Assembly (NCBI GenBank): GCA_025062045.1
Contig: JANXAF010000002.1
Span: 6,765-70,764 of the forward strand
DNA from: Thermodesulfobacteriota bacterium
GTDB taxonomy: Bacteria > Desulfobacterota > Syntrophorhabdia > Syntrophorhabdales > JANXAF01
Direction of reading: 5' to 3'
Length of the DNA: 64,000 nucleotides
Of this stretch, positions 19,954 to 30,522 are shown piece after piece. A model generated the notes under the pieces. That model ran no database searches. It was not told the origin of the DNA and saw only the letters and a program-made list of their open reading frames with translations. Both the position numbers and the translations under genes were made by a program. How positions within the stretch are numbered: position 1 is the stretch's first letter; each line of letters opens with the position of its first letter.

Positions 19954-21434
19954 CGTTTATTTAACCTTTCTTTTAGAAGCTCATTTACAAGCTTAGGATT
20001 TGCCCTTCCTTTTGTCTCCTTCATAACTTGGCCTACAAAAAAACCGAAAAGCTTCTCCTTGCCCTTTCTATACTCTTCCACTTCCTTTGGATGATTGGCA
20101 ATGACCTTTTCGACTACCTCTATGAGCAACTGAGGATCAGAAATCTGCACGAGTCGTGCCTTTTCTACGTATTCCTTGGGAGAGATCCCTTTTCTAAAAA
20201 GTTCAGGGAAGAGTTCTTTCCCCATTTTTATGCTTATCTTCCCCTCTTTTATCAAATCGAGAAGTTCTGCGAGATACGAGGGGGGAAATACGATTTTATC
20301 TATCGGAGTTTCAGCTTGTTTAAGTTCCCTTAAAATTTCGGTCATTATCCAATTGCTTACGGTTTTGGGTTCGGGATAGAGTTTCACCGTCTCTTCGAAG
20401 TAGTCCGCGAGTTTTTTTTCAGAACAGAGGATTTGAACATCATATAGTGGCAGACCATACTCTTTTATAAACCTCTCTTCCTTCTCGTGGGGAAGCTCGG
20501 GGATAGTCTTTCTTACGGATTCTATCCATTCCTCATTTACGATGAGAGGAAGAAGATCTGGGTCGGGAAAGTATCTGTAATCATGAGCTTCTTCCTTTCC
20601 TCTCATGGAGTATGTTACCCCTAAGTCAGGGTTAAAAAGCCTAGTTTCCTGGATTATCTCTTTTCCTTCTCTGAGCAACTCTATCTGTCTTCTTATCTCG
20701 TAATCGAGTGCCCTTTCGATGTATTTAAACGAATTCAAGTTCTTTATCTCAGTCCTAGTACCGAACCTCGTGTCCCCTTTTTTTCTCACCGAGACGTTAG
20801 CATCGCACCTCAAACTCCCTTCTTCCATGTTTCCGTCACATATGTCTAAGTACATGACTATACTCCGCAAGAGCTTTAAATACTCAACAGCCTCCCGCGG
20901 ACTCGATATATCAGGCTCTGTAACGATCTCCAAAAGCGGGATGCTCGCCCTGTTAAAGTCAACGAGGGTGTAAGAGCTTGCCTCTACCGTTCCCTCGTGG
21001 ATTAACTTTCCTGCATCCTCTTCTAAGTGTATTCTTTTTATCCTTACCTTTTTTCTTCCTTGGTCTCCATTTATGAAAATAAAGCCGTCTGAGCAAATAG
21101 GCTCCTCGTACTGGGATATCTGGTAACCCTTGGGGAGGTCCGGATAATAGTAATTCTTTCTTGCAAAAACACTTCTTTTATTTATCTTGCAATTAAGAGA
21201 AAGTCCAAGTTTTATGGCATACTCTACCGCCTTTTTATTGAGTACCGGTAGAGCACCTGGCATACCGGTACAGACTGGGCAAGTATGGATGTTTGGCTCT
21301 GCCCCGAACTTCGTTGAGCAAGAACAGAAGAGCTTACTCTCTGTCAGAAGCTGAGCATGGACTTCAAGTCCTATTACCCCTTCAAAATCCCCGTAGTCCA
21401 AGGCGATCTCCAGCGATTCATCAGTATACATCAC
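19950..21434 (-). CDS. gatB: Asp/Glu-tRNA(Asn/Gln) amidotransferase subunit B
   Basis: It has [20 protein letters not shown] and a C-terminal YqeY-like tail. Its length is 494 aa. Confidence 0.95.
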   Translation of the reverse strand: MMYTDESLEIALDYGDFEGVIGLEVHAQLLTESKLFCSCSTKFGAEPNIHTCPVCTGMPGALPVLNKKAVEYAIKLGLSLNCKINKRSVFARKNYYYPDLPKGYQISQYEEPICSDGFIFINGDQGRKKVRIKRIHLEEDAGKLIHEGTVEASSYTLVDFNRASIPLLEIVTEPDISSPREAVEYLKLLRSIVMYLDICDGNMEEGSLRCDANVSVRKKGDTRFGTRTEIKNLNSFKYIERALDYEIRRQIELLREGKEIIQETRLFNPDLGVTYSMRGKEEAHDYRYFPDPDLLPLIVNEEWIESVRKTIPELPHEKEERFIKEYGLPLYDVQILCSEKKLADYFEETVKLYPEPKTVSNWIMTEILRELKQAETPIDKIVFPPSYLAELLDLIKEGKISIKMGKELFPELFRKGISPKEYVEKARLVQISDPQLLIEVVEKVIANHPKEVEEYRKGKEKLFGFFVGQVMKETKGRANPKLVNELLKERLNKR

Positions 21435-21488
21435 GCTGTTTTGATTTTCAAAGCTCTCTTCTCTTCTTGAAAAACGGATAAGACCTAT

Positions 21489-22427
21489 GTGAACATTAAT
21501 TTGGATATGGAGATAAGAAGGATAGATGCATTATCCGTTACTGTCGCTATCGACAACTTTTACGATGCTTTTTTTGATGACCCTCCTTGCGGAAAAAGGT
21601 ATAGAACCCTTCCTTCAAGATCTATATATGCTGAACACGGTCTCTCCTTTTTTGTGAATGCCTTTTTAGATCGTAAGAAATACTCCTTTATTTTCGATTT
21701 CGGCGTAGACGGAGAGCTCCTTCTCCACAACTTTGAGGTTTTAAAAATTGAACCAAAGGGAGCTTCGGCCTTGATTCTAAGCCACGGCCATTTTGACCAC
21801 TACGGAGGTCTTTTACGTCTTGTGAGGCATCTCGGTTCTTCTGGAATAAAGGGTCTTCCTCTCTATTTGGGCTCAGGAACTTTCGCAAGAAGGTTCGCCA
21901 AGAAAAAAGACGATGAAGGGCTTATCGATCTAGGAATGTTAAGGAGGGAGGAGCTCGAAGGCGTAACCAGGGTGTACGAGATAGAAGAGCCTTTGGAATT
22001 TTTACCAGGGTGTTATATCTCTGGAAGGATCGAGATGAAAAACGACTACGAGGATATATCTAGCGGCTTCTTTGTGGAAAGAGAAGGGATTCTCGCAAAT
22101 GACGATTTCAGAGAAGAACTAGCTCTCTTTTTCCTTTTAAGAAGAGGACTTGTTATAATCTCTGGGTGTGCCCATAGGGGTATAGTAAATACAGTAACCC
22201 AAATCGTGGACCAGACAGGCATAAGAAAAATCTACGCTCTTTTTGGCGGATTCCATCTTCTTGAAGATGAGACAAGGATAAGAAAGACTATAGAGGGCCT
22301 TGAAGCTTTCTCTCCGGACTACGTGATTCTCTGTCATTGTTCGAGCTTATCCGCTAAGCTTCTGTTTATGAAACTTGTGGGGAAAAGATGCATAATAAAT
22401 ACGGTTGGAACAACATACAATCTCTAA
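21489..22427 (+). CDS. Metallo-beta-lactamase-fold protein (COG1237-like)
   Basis: It has the HGHFDHYGG metal-binding motif. The ORF track gives a GTG start, and an internal ATG at 21507 is an alternative. Confidence 0.7.
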   Translation: MNINLDMEIRRIDALSVTVAIDNFYDAFFDDPPCGKRYRTLPSRSIYAEHGLSFFVNAFLDRKKYSFIFDFGVDGELLLHNFEVLKIEPKGASALILSHGHFDHYGGLLRLVRHLGSSGIKGLPLYLGSGTFARRFAKKKDDEGLIDLGMLRREELEGVTRVYEIEEPLEFLPGCYISGRIEMKNDYEDISSGFFVEREGILANDDFREELALFFLLRRGLVIISGCAHRGIVNTVTQIVDQTGIRKIYALFGGFHLLEDETRIRKTIEGLEAFSPDYVILCHCSSLSAKLLFMKLVGKRCIINTVGTTYNL

Positions 22428-22442
22428 CCTACCATTTTTCGG

Positions 22443-23225
22443 TTAAAAAGATCGGTCGGGGCTCAATTTTTCGTTCTTTAATACTTTCCTTTCCAGCATA
22501 AGAAAGATCCTTTCAAACAAAACAGACATGAGAGAAAGGATAAAAAGGCAACTTACGATGATATCTACCCTTATTAGGCTTTCGGCCCTCATAAGAAGTG
22601 CTCCTATTCCTTTTGGCATCGCCACCATCTCCGCTGCGATAACGACACGGAAAGCGCCCCCGGATGAGAGCCTAAGCCCGGAAAATATGGATGGTAAAGC
22701 CAATGGGATGATGACCTTTGTGGCTAACGTAAGACCTTTAGCACCCATACTCCTTGCGACTTTTACCATCCTTTGGTCGATATTTTTTATTCCTGATCTC
22801 GTGTTGTAACATGTCGGAAAGAACGAGTGGATGGCTATAACTGATATGGGAAGGGCTTCCCCTATGCCAAGCCATACCATAAGAAGGGGAACCCACCCAA
22901 GTGCAGGGATAGGATATAGAAAAGCTATTATCGGGTGGAGCGATCTGTCAATCAGATCTTTATAACCCATCATAAAACCTGTTGAAATCCCAAAGACGAT
23001 CCCTATCAAAAAGCCGCATATTACTCTCATAAGACTCCACAGTATATGATCTCCCATAATACCAGACAAAATGAGCCTTCCCGTCTCCACTAAGACTTTC
23101 GTGAAGGGTGGAAAGAGATTTCCCATCTCTCTTGGAAGACTACGGCATACAATTTCCCATGAGGCAAAAAATAAAAGGACCGGAAGGACCAAGTATAGGT
23201 TTTTTCTCCCTGCTAGAGATCCCAT
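22443..23225 (-). CDS. ABC transporter permease (NitT/TauT-type BPD permease)
   Basis: It has six TM segments and an EAA-like loop (VKVARSMGAKGLTLATKVIIPLALP). Confidence 0.8.
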   Translation of the reverse strand: MGSLAGRKNLYLVLPVLLFFASWEIVCRSLPREMGNLFPPFTKVLVETGRLILSGIMGDHILWSLMRVICGFLIGIVFGISTGFMMGYKDLIDRSLHPIIAFLYPIPALGWVPLLMVWLGIGEALPISVIAIHSFFPTCYNTRSGIKNIDQRMVKVARSMGAKGLTLATKVIIPLALPSIFSGLRLSSGGAFRVVIAAEMVAMPKGIGALLMRAESLIRVDIIVSCLFILSLMSVLFERIFLMLERKVLKNEKLSPDRSF

Positions 23226-24196
23226 GCGATTATACTTTCCGCATTAAAAGATTCCCTTATATATCCCTTCTTTGCCATATAATCTATCGTCTCCTGGATC
23301 ACTTTTCTGTTTAGCTGATTTGTGAATTCGAGTCTGGACATAGATATGAGTGCTTCTTGTTCCTTTATCGAGAGTTCGGCTTTTGGATCAAGCCTTTCGC
23401 TAAATCCAACTTTAGAGCCTTCTAAAGATAGATATCTCGCGAGTATTCTCGATGAATCTTCTCTTTGTGTATTTATCCAATGAGTAGCCTTTTTTGTTGC
23501 GCGTACGAGTTTTTTTACAGCTTCTCTTTTATTTTTTAACACCTCTTCTTTAACCACGATTACGCTTCCCTGAAAGTTTGGCCAGATGTCTTTTGCGGTA
23601 AGCAAAACTTTAAGACCATCCCTTTCTGCGAGCGTGACGAAATGTTCAGGCATGAACGCCGCATCTATGGATCCTGATCTTAGCGCGATAAGCATGTTTT
23701 GGGGGTTCATCCGCACAACAGAGGACAGAACTTTCTCCTCTTTCAATCCAAGACCGTCGATCGTTCTTCTTAAGATGAGATCCGTTGCGCTTCCTTCGCT
23801 TATACATCCGATCCTTAGAGCTTTTATGCCCAAATCATTTACACTCTTTACCCTTTTTGGGTTCACGACAAGCCCAAAACCGTATAAATGGCTTCCAAGA
23901 ACTATTTTCAGTCTTATCCCGCCATTCGAATAGGCATTGATCGCTGGAACGAGGCACATAAAGGCAGCTTCTATGTTTCCCTTCTTCAATGATGAGGCAA
24001 GGGCAACACCTGTCATATAAGCCTCGTGCGATTTTATCTTTAGATTTTCCTTTTCAAAGATCCCTTTTCCTTGAGCCACATAAAAGGCTGCGGAATGGCT
24101 ATTGAATTCCAAAGCCACCGAGATCTCATCCTCAGCGAAAACCAAGCTTCTACAAAGTAAAAGGATTGCAAATAGAAAGGAAAACTTTATTTTCAT
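23213..24196 (-). CDS. ABC transporter periplasmic substrate-binding protein (NMT1/SsuA-like)
   Basis: It has a signal peptide (MKIKFSFLFAILLLCRSLVFA) and lies between the ATPase and permease genes. The fold assignment rests on overall resemblance only. Confidence 0.7.
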   Translation of the reverse strand: MKIKFSFLFAILLLCRSLVFAEDEISVALEFNSHSAAFYVAQGKGIFEKENLKIKSHEAYMTGVALASSLKKGNIEAAFMCLVPAINAYSNGGIRLKIVLGSHLYGFGLVVNPKRVKSVNDLGIKALRIGCISEGSATDLILRRTIDGLGLKEEKVLSSVVRMNPQNMLIALRSGSIDAAFMPEHFVTLAERDGLKVLLTAKDIWPNFQGSVIVVKEEVLKNKREAVKKLVRATKKATHWINTQREDSSRILARYLSLEGSKVGFSERLDPKAELSIKEQEALISMSRLEFTNQLNRKVIQETIDYMAKKGYIRESFNAESIIAWDL

Positions 24197-25254
24197 TCCT
24201 CGTAGACCCTTATCCTCCTTAACTTGAATATTAGGAATACCTCCTTTTTTGTGGCAAGGCCGAGTTTATGAAAAGTCTCTCTAGGAAGCTCAATTGTTAG
24301 ATGGTTTTTGCCAACTTCAACATTCATCTGAACGAGATGGGAAAACTCTTCCACCTTTTTGACAATGCCCTTGAATCTATTAACGGGAGGACCCGGTGGA
24401 ATTTCCGGAGAAACGTATATGTCCCTTGAGGATAACGCAATTTTTCTTATCATTCCGTCTTTTTCATAGGGTATAACGAGCGGCAAATCACCGCATGTTG
24501 CTTCATACAGCCCATAACCTAAGGGTCTTACGTTTTCTACATCAAGAATGTTCATTGTCCCCATAAATCTCGAAACGCTTTCGTTTTTCGGAAAGAAGAA
24601 GATCTCCCTTGGTGTTCCTATTTGTTCGATTCTGCCTTTACTCATAATTGCCATTCTGTCCGCCAGCTCTTCCGCTTCCACGAGGTTGTGGGTCACATGA
24701 ATCGTTGTTACGTTAAATCTCTCTTTCATTCTTTTCAGTTCCAACCTTAAAAATTTTGATGTGGAGAGATCTATGTTGGCCAGGGGCTCATCTAAAAGCA
24801 AAAGCTTTGGAAAAGGAGCAAGTGCTCGAGCAAGGGCAACTTTCTGTCTTTCTCCACCACTTAAAGTTCTGACATCTCTTTTTAAGAGATGGCTTATCTC
24901 TAAAGAATGCGCTAAAAACTCAACCCTTTCTTTTATCTTTTCCTTAGGGTACTTCATGATTTTAAGCCCAAACTCAAGATTTTCTTTCACGTTGAGAAAT
25001 GGAAACAGCACGCAGTCTTGAGGTACATAACCTACTTTTCTTTCTTCTGGAGGGACATGGGTGAGGTCTTTTCCATCAATGAAAATACTCCCCTTTTTCA
25101 ACTTGTGGAAACCAACTATAGATTCGACAAGAACGGTCTTTCCCGCACCGTTTGGTCCAAGGATTACAAAATACTCCTTTTCTTTGATTTCAAGGTCTAT
25201 ATCCTTCAGGTGGAAGTTCCCAACTTCGACGCACACACCTTTTAGCTCAACCAA
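24193..25254 (-). CDS. ABC transporter ATPase with extra C-terminal (TOBE-like) domain
   Basis: It has Walker A GPNGAGKT, LSGGERQK and LLLDEP, plus about 110 additional C-terminal residues as in CysA/ModC-type ATPases. Confidence 0.85.
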   Translation of the reverse strand: MVELKGVCVEVGNFHLKDIDLEIKEKEYFVILGPNGAGKTVLVESIVGFHKLKKGSIFIDGKDLTHVPPEERKVGYVPQDCVLFPFLNVKENLEFGLKIMKYPKEKIKERVEFLAHSLEISHLLKRDVRTLSGGERQKVALARALAPFPKLLLLDEPLANIDLSTSKFLRLELKRMKERFNVTTIHVTHNLVEAEELADRMAIMSKGRIEQIGTPREIFFFPKNESVSRFMGTMNILDVENVRPLGYGLYEATCGDLPLVIPYEKDGMIRKIALSSRDIYVSPEIPPGPPVNRFKGIVKKVEEFSHLVQMNVEVGKNHLTIELPRETFHKLGLATKKEVFLIFKLRRIRVYEE

Positions 25255-25391
25255 CTCTATCTATACCTCCCATTTTTTGAGCGTTATAGTCTAGTGTATA
25301 TAACGAATGCATGTCAAGCTTGCTCTAACCTTTTTGGGAAATCGATTGCTTAACTTTATTCAATCTGCTATAAAAAATAGCCACTGCTAAA

Positions 25392-26399
25392 ATGGAGCTT
25401 GACGAATTCGATTACCAATTACCAAAGTCTCTCATAGCGCAGTATCCGAGAGAGGACAGAGCTTCATCACGCCTTCTTATTTTCATTAGGAAGGAGGGGA
25501 GGATTATACATGATCGCTTCAGGAACATCCCCAATTACTTTCGGCCAGGAGACGTACTTGTTCTAAACAACACCAAAGTTATTCCAGCGAAGTTTGAGGC
25601 AAAAAAGGTAACAGGTGGTCGCCTGGATATACTTCTTACAGGAAGGGTAGATGAACGGACATTCACATGCCTTGTGAGGAATGCTGGGAAAAAGACTGAA
25701 CTTTCCGCAAAAATAGGCGAAACCGAAGTAATTCTAAAAAGAGAAGGCCAGGAATGGTATTTATACCTTCCCGGGGGAGAAGCAGATTTTCAAAAAATTC
25801 TTGGACAAGGAAAGATGCCTCTGCCCCCCTATATAAAAAGACCCGTTACAGACGTGGACTTCGAGAGATACCAAACAGTTTACGCAAAAGTTGAAGGTTC
25901 AGTTGCCGCACCAACAGCCGGTTTTCATTTTACCCAAGAAATCCTCGAGGAATTGGAAAAGAAAGGTGTTCTTATACTTTACATCACCCTCCACATAGGT
26001 ATGGGAACGTTCCTACCTGTAAAGACCAGAAGAGTTGAAGACCACAGGATGCACAGAGAATACTTTTCCATGGATGAAAGTGTCTATGAAAGTGTACTTA
26101 GGGCAAAAGAAGAAAAAAGAAGGATAATCGCGTGTGGGACGAGTACCGTCAGGACACTGGAGACTGTCTTTACCGCAAAAGAAAGAGTACTCGCAGGATA
26201 CACTGAGCTCTTCATATACCCCGGATACCGATTCACCGTTTGCGATGCTCTCATAACGAACTTCCATTTGCCTAAATCGACACCTTTGATTCTCGTCTGC
26301 GCTTTTGCTGGGAAAGAAAATGTGCTTAGGTGCTACCGACAGGCTATAGAGGAGGGATACAGATTTTATAGCTACGGAGATTCCATGCTGATACTATGA
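25392..26399 (+). CDS. queA: S-adenosylmethionine:tRNA ribosyltransferase-isomerase
   Basis: It has FDYQLPKSLIAQYP, PPYI and AAPTAGFHFT motifs, and is adjacent to tgt. Confidence 0.95.
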   Translation: MELDEFDYQLPKSLIAQYPREDRASSRLLIFIRKEGRIIHDRFRNIPNYFRPGDVLVLNNTKVIPAKFEAKKVTGGRLDILLTGRVDERTFTCLVRNAGKKTELSAKIGETEVILKREGQEWYLYLPGGEADFQKILGQGKMPLPPYIKRPVTDVDFERYQTVYAKVEGSVAAPTAGFHFTQEILEELEKKGVLILYITLHIGMGTFLPVKTRRVEDHRMHREYFSMDESVYESVLRAKEEKRRIIACGTSTVRTLETVFTAKERVLAGYTELFIYPGYRFTVCDALITNFHLPKSTPLILVCAFAGKENVLRCYRQAIEEGYRFYSYGDSMLIL

Positions 26400-27532
26400 G
26401 CATCATAGAAGTAATAAAGGTCGATGGGTCTGCACGCTTAGGGTTGCTAAAAACTTCTCACGGCACAGTTAAAACTCCAGTATTTATGCCCGTTGGGACA
26501 CACGGAGTCGTTAAAGCTATCATGCACCGGGACCTAAGGGATATCGGAATAGAAATGATTCTGGCGAATGCTTATCACCTTTACCTTAAACCAGGGGATG
26601 AACTCATAAAAGAGCTCGGAGGCATTCACCGATTCTCTGGATGGAACGGTCCTATCTTAACGGACAGCGGCGGTTACCAGATTTTTAGCCTTGCCCGCTT
26701 AACAACCGTAACTGAAGACGGTGTCATATTCCAGTCCCATATAGATGGTTCACGGCATTTCCTTTCACCCGAGAAAGTCATAGAGATCCAAGACAACATA
26801 GGAGCAGATATCATCATGTGCCTCGACGAGTGCATACCCTACCCAGCTTCCTACGAGTATACGGAGAGAGCAACAGAACTCACAACTAAATGGGCGAGAA
26901 GATGCAAAAATGTGGAAAGGAAGAATAAAAGTCTCCTCTTTGGCATAATTCAGGGGGGCTTTTACCGGGTATTGCGTTTGAAGTCTGCCCATGATTTAAT
27001 AAATATCGGCTTTGATGGGTACGCAATAGGAGGGTTATCGGTTGGAGAACCCAAATCCCTCATGTGGGAGATGGTCGACACCGTCATTGGACTTCTTCCG
27101 GAAGACAGGCCAAGGTACCTTATGGGCCTTGGATTCCCCGAGGACATAGTAGAGGGGGTTAAAAGGGGTATAGATATGTTCGATTGTGTCATTCCCACAA
27201 GGCTTGCAAGAAACGGAAATCTTTTTACTTGGCAGGGAAGGATAAATATAAAAAACGCGAAATTTAAAAAAGATGAAAGGCCAATAGATGAAAACTGTGA
27301 GTGCATAACGTGTAGAACCCATTCACGCGCATACTTAAGGCACCTACTTCTTTCCCATGAACTTACGAGTTTTTATCTCAACACCATCCATAATCTCTAC
27401 TTTTACTCTAAGCTTATGGAGAGAGTGAGGTCGGCCATCGCACATGGTGCGTACGAAGAGTTTTATGAGGATTTTATGAAATCATGGAAAGGAGGAGAAA
27501 GAAATGATGGAGATAGCATATGCGATGGGTAG
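26396..27532 (+). CDS. tgt: Queuine tRNA-ribosyltransferase
   Basis: It has TPVFMPVGT, LTDSGGYQ and the zinc site CECITCRTHSRAYLRH. Confidence 0.95.
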   Translation: MSIIEVIKVDGSARLGLLKTSHGTVKTPVFMPVGTHGVVKAIMHRDLRDIGIEMILANAYHLYLKPGDELIKELGGIHRFSGWNGPILTDSGGYQIFSLARLTTVTEDGVIFQSHIDGSRHFLSPEKVIEIQDNIGADIIMCLDECIPYPASYEYTERATELTTKWARRCKNVERKNKSLLFGIIQGGFYRVLRLKSAHDLINIGFDGYAIGGLSVGEPKSLMWEMVDTVIGLLPEDRPRYLMGLGFPEDIVEGVKRGIDMFDCVIPTRLARNGNLFTWQGRINIKNAKFKKDERPIDENCECITCRTHSRAYLRHLLLSHELTSFYLNTIHNLYFYSKLMERVRSAIAHGAYEEFYEDFMKSWKGGERNDGDSICDG

Positions 27533-27821
27533 TCAGGCTCAGGAACAGCAAGGCGGAACCGAGCCGTGGGTGAGTCTGATACCCCTTGTTCTGCTAGGTC
27601 TCATATTCTACTTTCTTCTTATAAGACCCCAGCAAAAGAGGCAAAAGCAACATAAAATGTTCCTCGAAAGTTTAAAAAAGGGGGATGAGGTTGTCACAGC
27701 AGGTGGACTCTGCGGAAAGATATCCGGAATAACGGATAACTACGTTACTTTAGAGATATCCGATAAGGTAAGAGTTAAGGTGTTAAAGAGCACCATAATC
27801 GATAGGATGAAAGGAGAGTAA
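27504..27821 (+). CDS. yajC: Preprotein translocase subunit YajC
   Basis: It has a single TM helix, the IRPQQKRQK motif and GDEVVTAGGLCGKI. A GGAGG sequence lies upstream, and the queA-tgt-yajC synteny is conserved. Confidence 0.85.
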   Translation: MMEIAYAMGSQAQEQQGGTEPWVSLIPLVLLGLIFYFLLIRPQQKRQKQHKMFLESLKKGDEVVTAGGLCGKISGITDNYVTLEISDKVRVKVLKSTIIDRMKGE

Positions 27822-27823
27822 AA

Positions 27824-28177
27824 GTGCCAAGATACGAGAATATCATAATTCTAAATCCCGAGACTCCCAAAGAGGAAAAGGAGGAATTGCTAAAGAGGGT
27901 GAGAACGAATATCGAGAAAACTGGGGCCAAAATCATAAGGTTCGATGACTGGGAAGTGAGGAAGCTCGCCTATTCAATCAAAAAGATGGACAGGGGTCAC
28001 TATTTCTACATTCTATTTGACGCCCAAAAAGAGGCAATTCCTCAACTCGATAGGTTCTACAAAACACAGGACAACTTACTCCGTCACCTCTTCGTTAGAG
28101 TCGACGATACAGAAGAGGGTCCCAAAACAGTCCCAGAGCAGGTTATTTTTGATGAGCTTGAGGGTGAGTACAGTTGA
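27824..28177 (+). CDS. rpsF: 30S ribosomal protein S6
   Basis: It starts MPRYENIIILNP (GTG start with an AGGAG SD) and lies in the rpsF-rpsR-rplI context. Confidence 0.9.
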   Translation: MPRYENIIILNPETPKEEKEELLKRVRTNIEKTGAKIIRFDDWEVRKLAYSIKKMDRGHYFYILFDAQKEAIPQLDRFYKTQDNLLRHLFVRVDDTEEGPKTVPEQVIFDELEGEYS

Positions 28178-28434
28178 ACCGCATCTTTTTGACCGGGAAA
28201 GCCGGAGAGGTGAGGATCTTTTTTACACCCAGAGGGGAAAGGATCGCTCTCTTTCTTTTAAGAGTTGATGATCTTGACATAATAGAGGTCATGTATCTTG
28301 ACAGTGAGGGGAAACTAAAAGAAGAGGACATTTCTGGGAAAACATTAATGGTTGCGGGCACTCTTGCAAGGCCCGAAAAAGAATGGAAGTTTTTACGCGT
28401 AAAGGCAAAAAACATTGCGCTTATGGAGGACTAG
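28174..28434 (+). CDS. Miniature OB-fold SSB/PriB-like protein (86 aa, no acidic tail)
   Basis: It occupies the ssb/priB slot between rpsF and rpsR. Its N-terminus MNRIFLTGKAGEVRIFFTPRGERIALFLLRV resembles SSB strands beta1-beta3. Its TTG start overlaps the rpsF TGA (TTGA). Confidence 0.55.
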   Translation: MNRIFLTGKAGEVRIFFTPRGERIALFLLRVDDLDIIEVMYLDSEGKLKEEDISGKTLMVAGTLARPEKEWKFLRVKAKNIALMED

Positions 28435-28695
28435 ATGGCTAATAAACCTAAAAGTCAGGATTTGCAGAAGAAAAGGATTTATGTGAGAAAGAAAGTCTGT
28501 AAGTTCTGTGAGGATCCGGCTTTGAAGATCGATTACAAAGATCCTAAACTCTTAAAGCAGTTCATAACAGAAAGGGGGAAAATAATGCCCCGAAGGATGA
28601 CAGGTACCTGTTCATACCATCAAAGAAAACTGAGGAACGCAATTAAGGTTGCTAGAATTATCGCTCTTTTGCCTTTCACCACTCTATCGCGCTAG
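28435..28695 (+). CDS. rpsR: 30S ribosomal protein S18
   Basis: It has [35 protein letters not shown], which is the typical S18 core. Confidence 0.93.
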   Translation: MANKPKSQDLQKKRIYVRKKVCKFCEDPALKIDYKDPKLLKQFITERGKIMPRRMTGTCSYHQRKLRNAIKVARIIALLPFTTLSR

Positions 28696-28704
28696 GGGGA
28701 AAAG

Positions 28705-29154
28705 ATGAGAGTGATCCTTACGGAAAATGTGGAAGGTGTTGGAAAAAAAGGTGAAGTTATAACCGTTAGGGACGGCTACGGGAGGAACTATCTCATACCT
28801 AAAGGACTGGCGGTACCAGCAACGGAAGGGAATCTAAAAAGGTTAGATCATTTGTTGCGGGAAATGGAAAAAAAAAGGCAGAGGATTGAGAGGCACTCTC
28901 AGGAACTGAAAAGACTCTTGGAAGAGAAGGTTGTTAATATTTACAAAAAGATAGGAAAAGACGGAAAGCTATTTGGTTCAGTCACCCAGAAGGATATCTC
29001 AGACGCCATCCAAAAGACTTTCAAAATCTCGATTGATAAGAGAAATATAACGATCGAAGAACCAATAAGAAGCGAAGGCATCCATACGGTTGAAGTGGAT
29101 CTGGGTCAGGGGATCAAAGCTTCGTTAAAGATTTCGGTGGAAAGAAAAGAGTAG
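28705..29154 (+). CDS. rplI: 50S ribosomal protein L9
   Basis: It starts MRVILTENVEGVGKKGEVITVRDGYGRNYLIPKGLA, the canonical L9 N-domain. Confidence 0.93.
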   Translation: MRVILTENVEGVGKKGEVITVRDGYGRNYLIPKGLAVPATEGNLKRLDHLLREMEKKRQRIERHSQELKRLLEEKVVNIYKKIGKDGKLFGSVTQKDISDAIQKTFKISIDKRNITIEEPIRSEGIHTVEVDLGQGIKASLKISVERKE

Positions 29155-30522
29155 ATGGAGCTAGCCAGAGCAAAGAAATTCAAAAGAACGAGATTAGAAG
29201 CTAAGGTACCTCCACAGAATCTAGAGGCCGAGCAGTCGGTCTTAGGAGGCATTCTTTCGGATCCCGAGGCAATAAACAAGGTTGTAGATCTCATATCTCC
29301 GGAGGATTTTTACAGGGAAGCTCATAGAAAGATATACGAACTGATGGTCGAACTTTACGAGAAAAATGAGCCTATAGACATCATTACGTTGAGTTCGCTC
29401 GCAAAAGATAAAGACCTCCTCGATGAGATAGGAGGCGTGACATATCTGAGTTCTCTGGTGGATATAATGCCTACTGCCGCAAACATAATGCAGTACGCAA
29501 AGATAGTCAGGGAGAAGGCCATACTGAGGGAAATGATAAATGTGGCTAACGAGATCATTGAAAGGAGTTACGATGTCGATCTCGATGTGGAAGATTACGT
29601 GGACTATGCAGAAAGGATGATATTTAGGATTTCGGAAAAAAAGTTCAGACCATCATTTTATCCAATAAAAGACATTGTAAAAGAGAACGTTAAAACTATT
29701 TGGAAGCTCTATGAAAAAAAACAGGCTGTAACAGGAATACCAACCGGTTTTATAGAGCTCGACAGGCTGACAAGCGGTTTACAACCATGCGACTTTATAG
29801 TTGTGGCAGGAAGACCTAGCATGGGTAAGACCGCATTTTGTATGAACATTGCCCAGTACGTATCTCAGCTCAAAGACCCCCAGATAGCTGTAGGTATCTT
29901 TTCGATGGAGATGTCAAAAGAACAGCTTGTAACAAGGATGTTAAGCTCAGAGGCTGAGGTTGATCATGCGCGCTTAAGGACAGGGACCTTTTCAGGAAGC
30001 GAGCTGCAAAGGATATTCCAAGCGGCCGGAAGGTTATCGGAGGCCAAAATATTTATAGACGATTCGCCTTCCATGACCATTTTGGAGCTAAGGGCTAGAG
30101 CAAGAAGATTAAGTAAAGAGCATAATGTAGGCTTGATAATAATCGATTATCTCCAGCTTATTAAGGGTAGAGGGAATGCAGAGACAAGAGAGCAGGAGAT
30201 ATCTGAAATCTCGAGGTTCCTTAAAGCGCTCGCCAAGGAACTGAAAATACCGATAATCGCCATATCTCAGTTAAACAGGATGGTCGAACAGAGGGAGGAT
30301 AAAAGGCCCCGTCTCGCAGACTTAAGGGAGTCGGGTGCCATAGAACAGGATGCCGATCTTATACTTTTTATATACAGGGACGAAGTTTACCATAAGGACA
30401 AGGAATCGAACAAGGGGATCGCAGAAATAATAATAGGTAAGCAAAGGAACGGCCCAACCGATACAATAAAACTCGCATTCATAGACAAATACGCTACGTT
30501 CAAGAACCTTTTCAGGGAATGA
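29155..30522 (+). CDS. dnaB: Replicative DNA helicase
   Basis: It has PPQNLEAEQSVLGGIL, Walker A GRPSMGKTAF, and IIDYLQL and SQLNR motifs. At 455 aa it has no intein. Confidence 0.96.
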   Translation: MELARAKKFKRTRLEAKVPPQNLEAEQSVLGGILSDPEAINKVVDLISPEDFYREAHRKIYELMVELYEKNEPIDIITLSSLAKDKDLLDEIGGVTYLSSLVDIMPTAANIMQYAKIVREKAILREMINVANEIIERSYDVDLDVEDYVDYAERMIFRISEKKFRPSFYPIKDIVKENVKTIWKLYEKKQAVTGIPTGFIELDRLTSGLQPCDFIVVAGRPSMGKTAFCMNIAQYVSQLKDPQIAVGIFSMEMSKEQLVTRMLSSEAEVDHARLRTGTFSGSELQRIFQAAGRLSEAKIFIDDSPSMTILELRARARRLSKEHNVGLIIIDYLQLIKGRGNAETREQEISEISRFLKALAKELKIPIIAISQLNRMVEQREDKRPRLADLRESGAIEQDADLILFIYRDEVYHKDKESNKGIAEIIIGKQRNGPTDTIKLAFIDKYATFKNLFRE

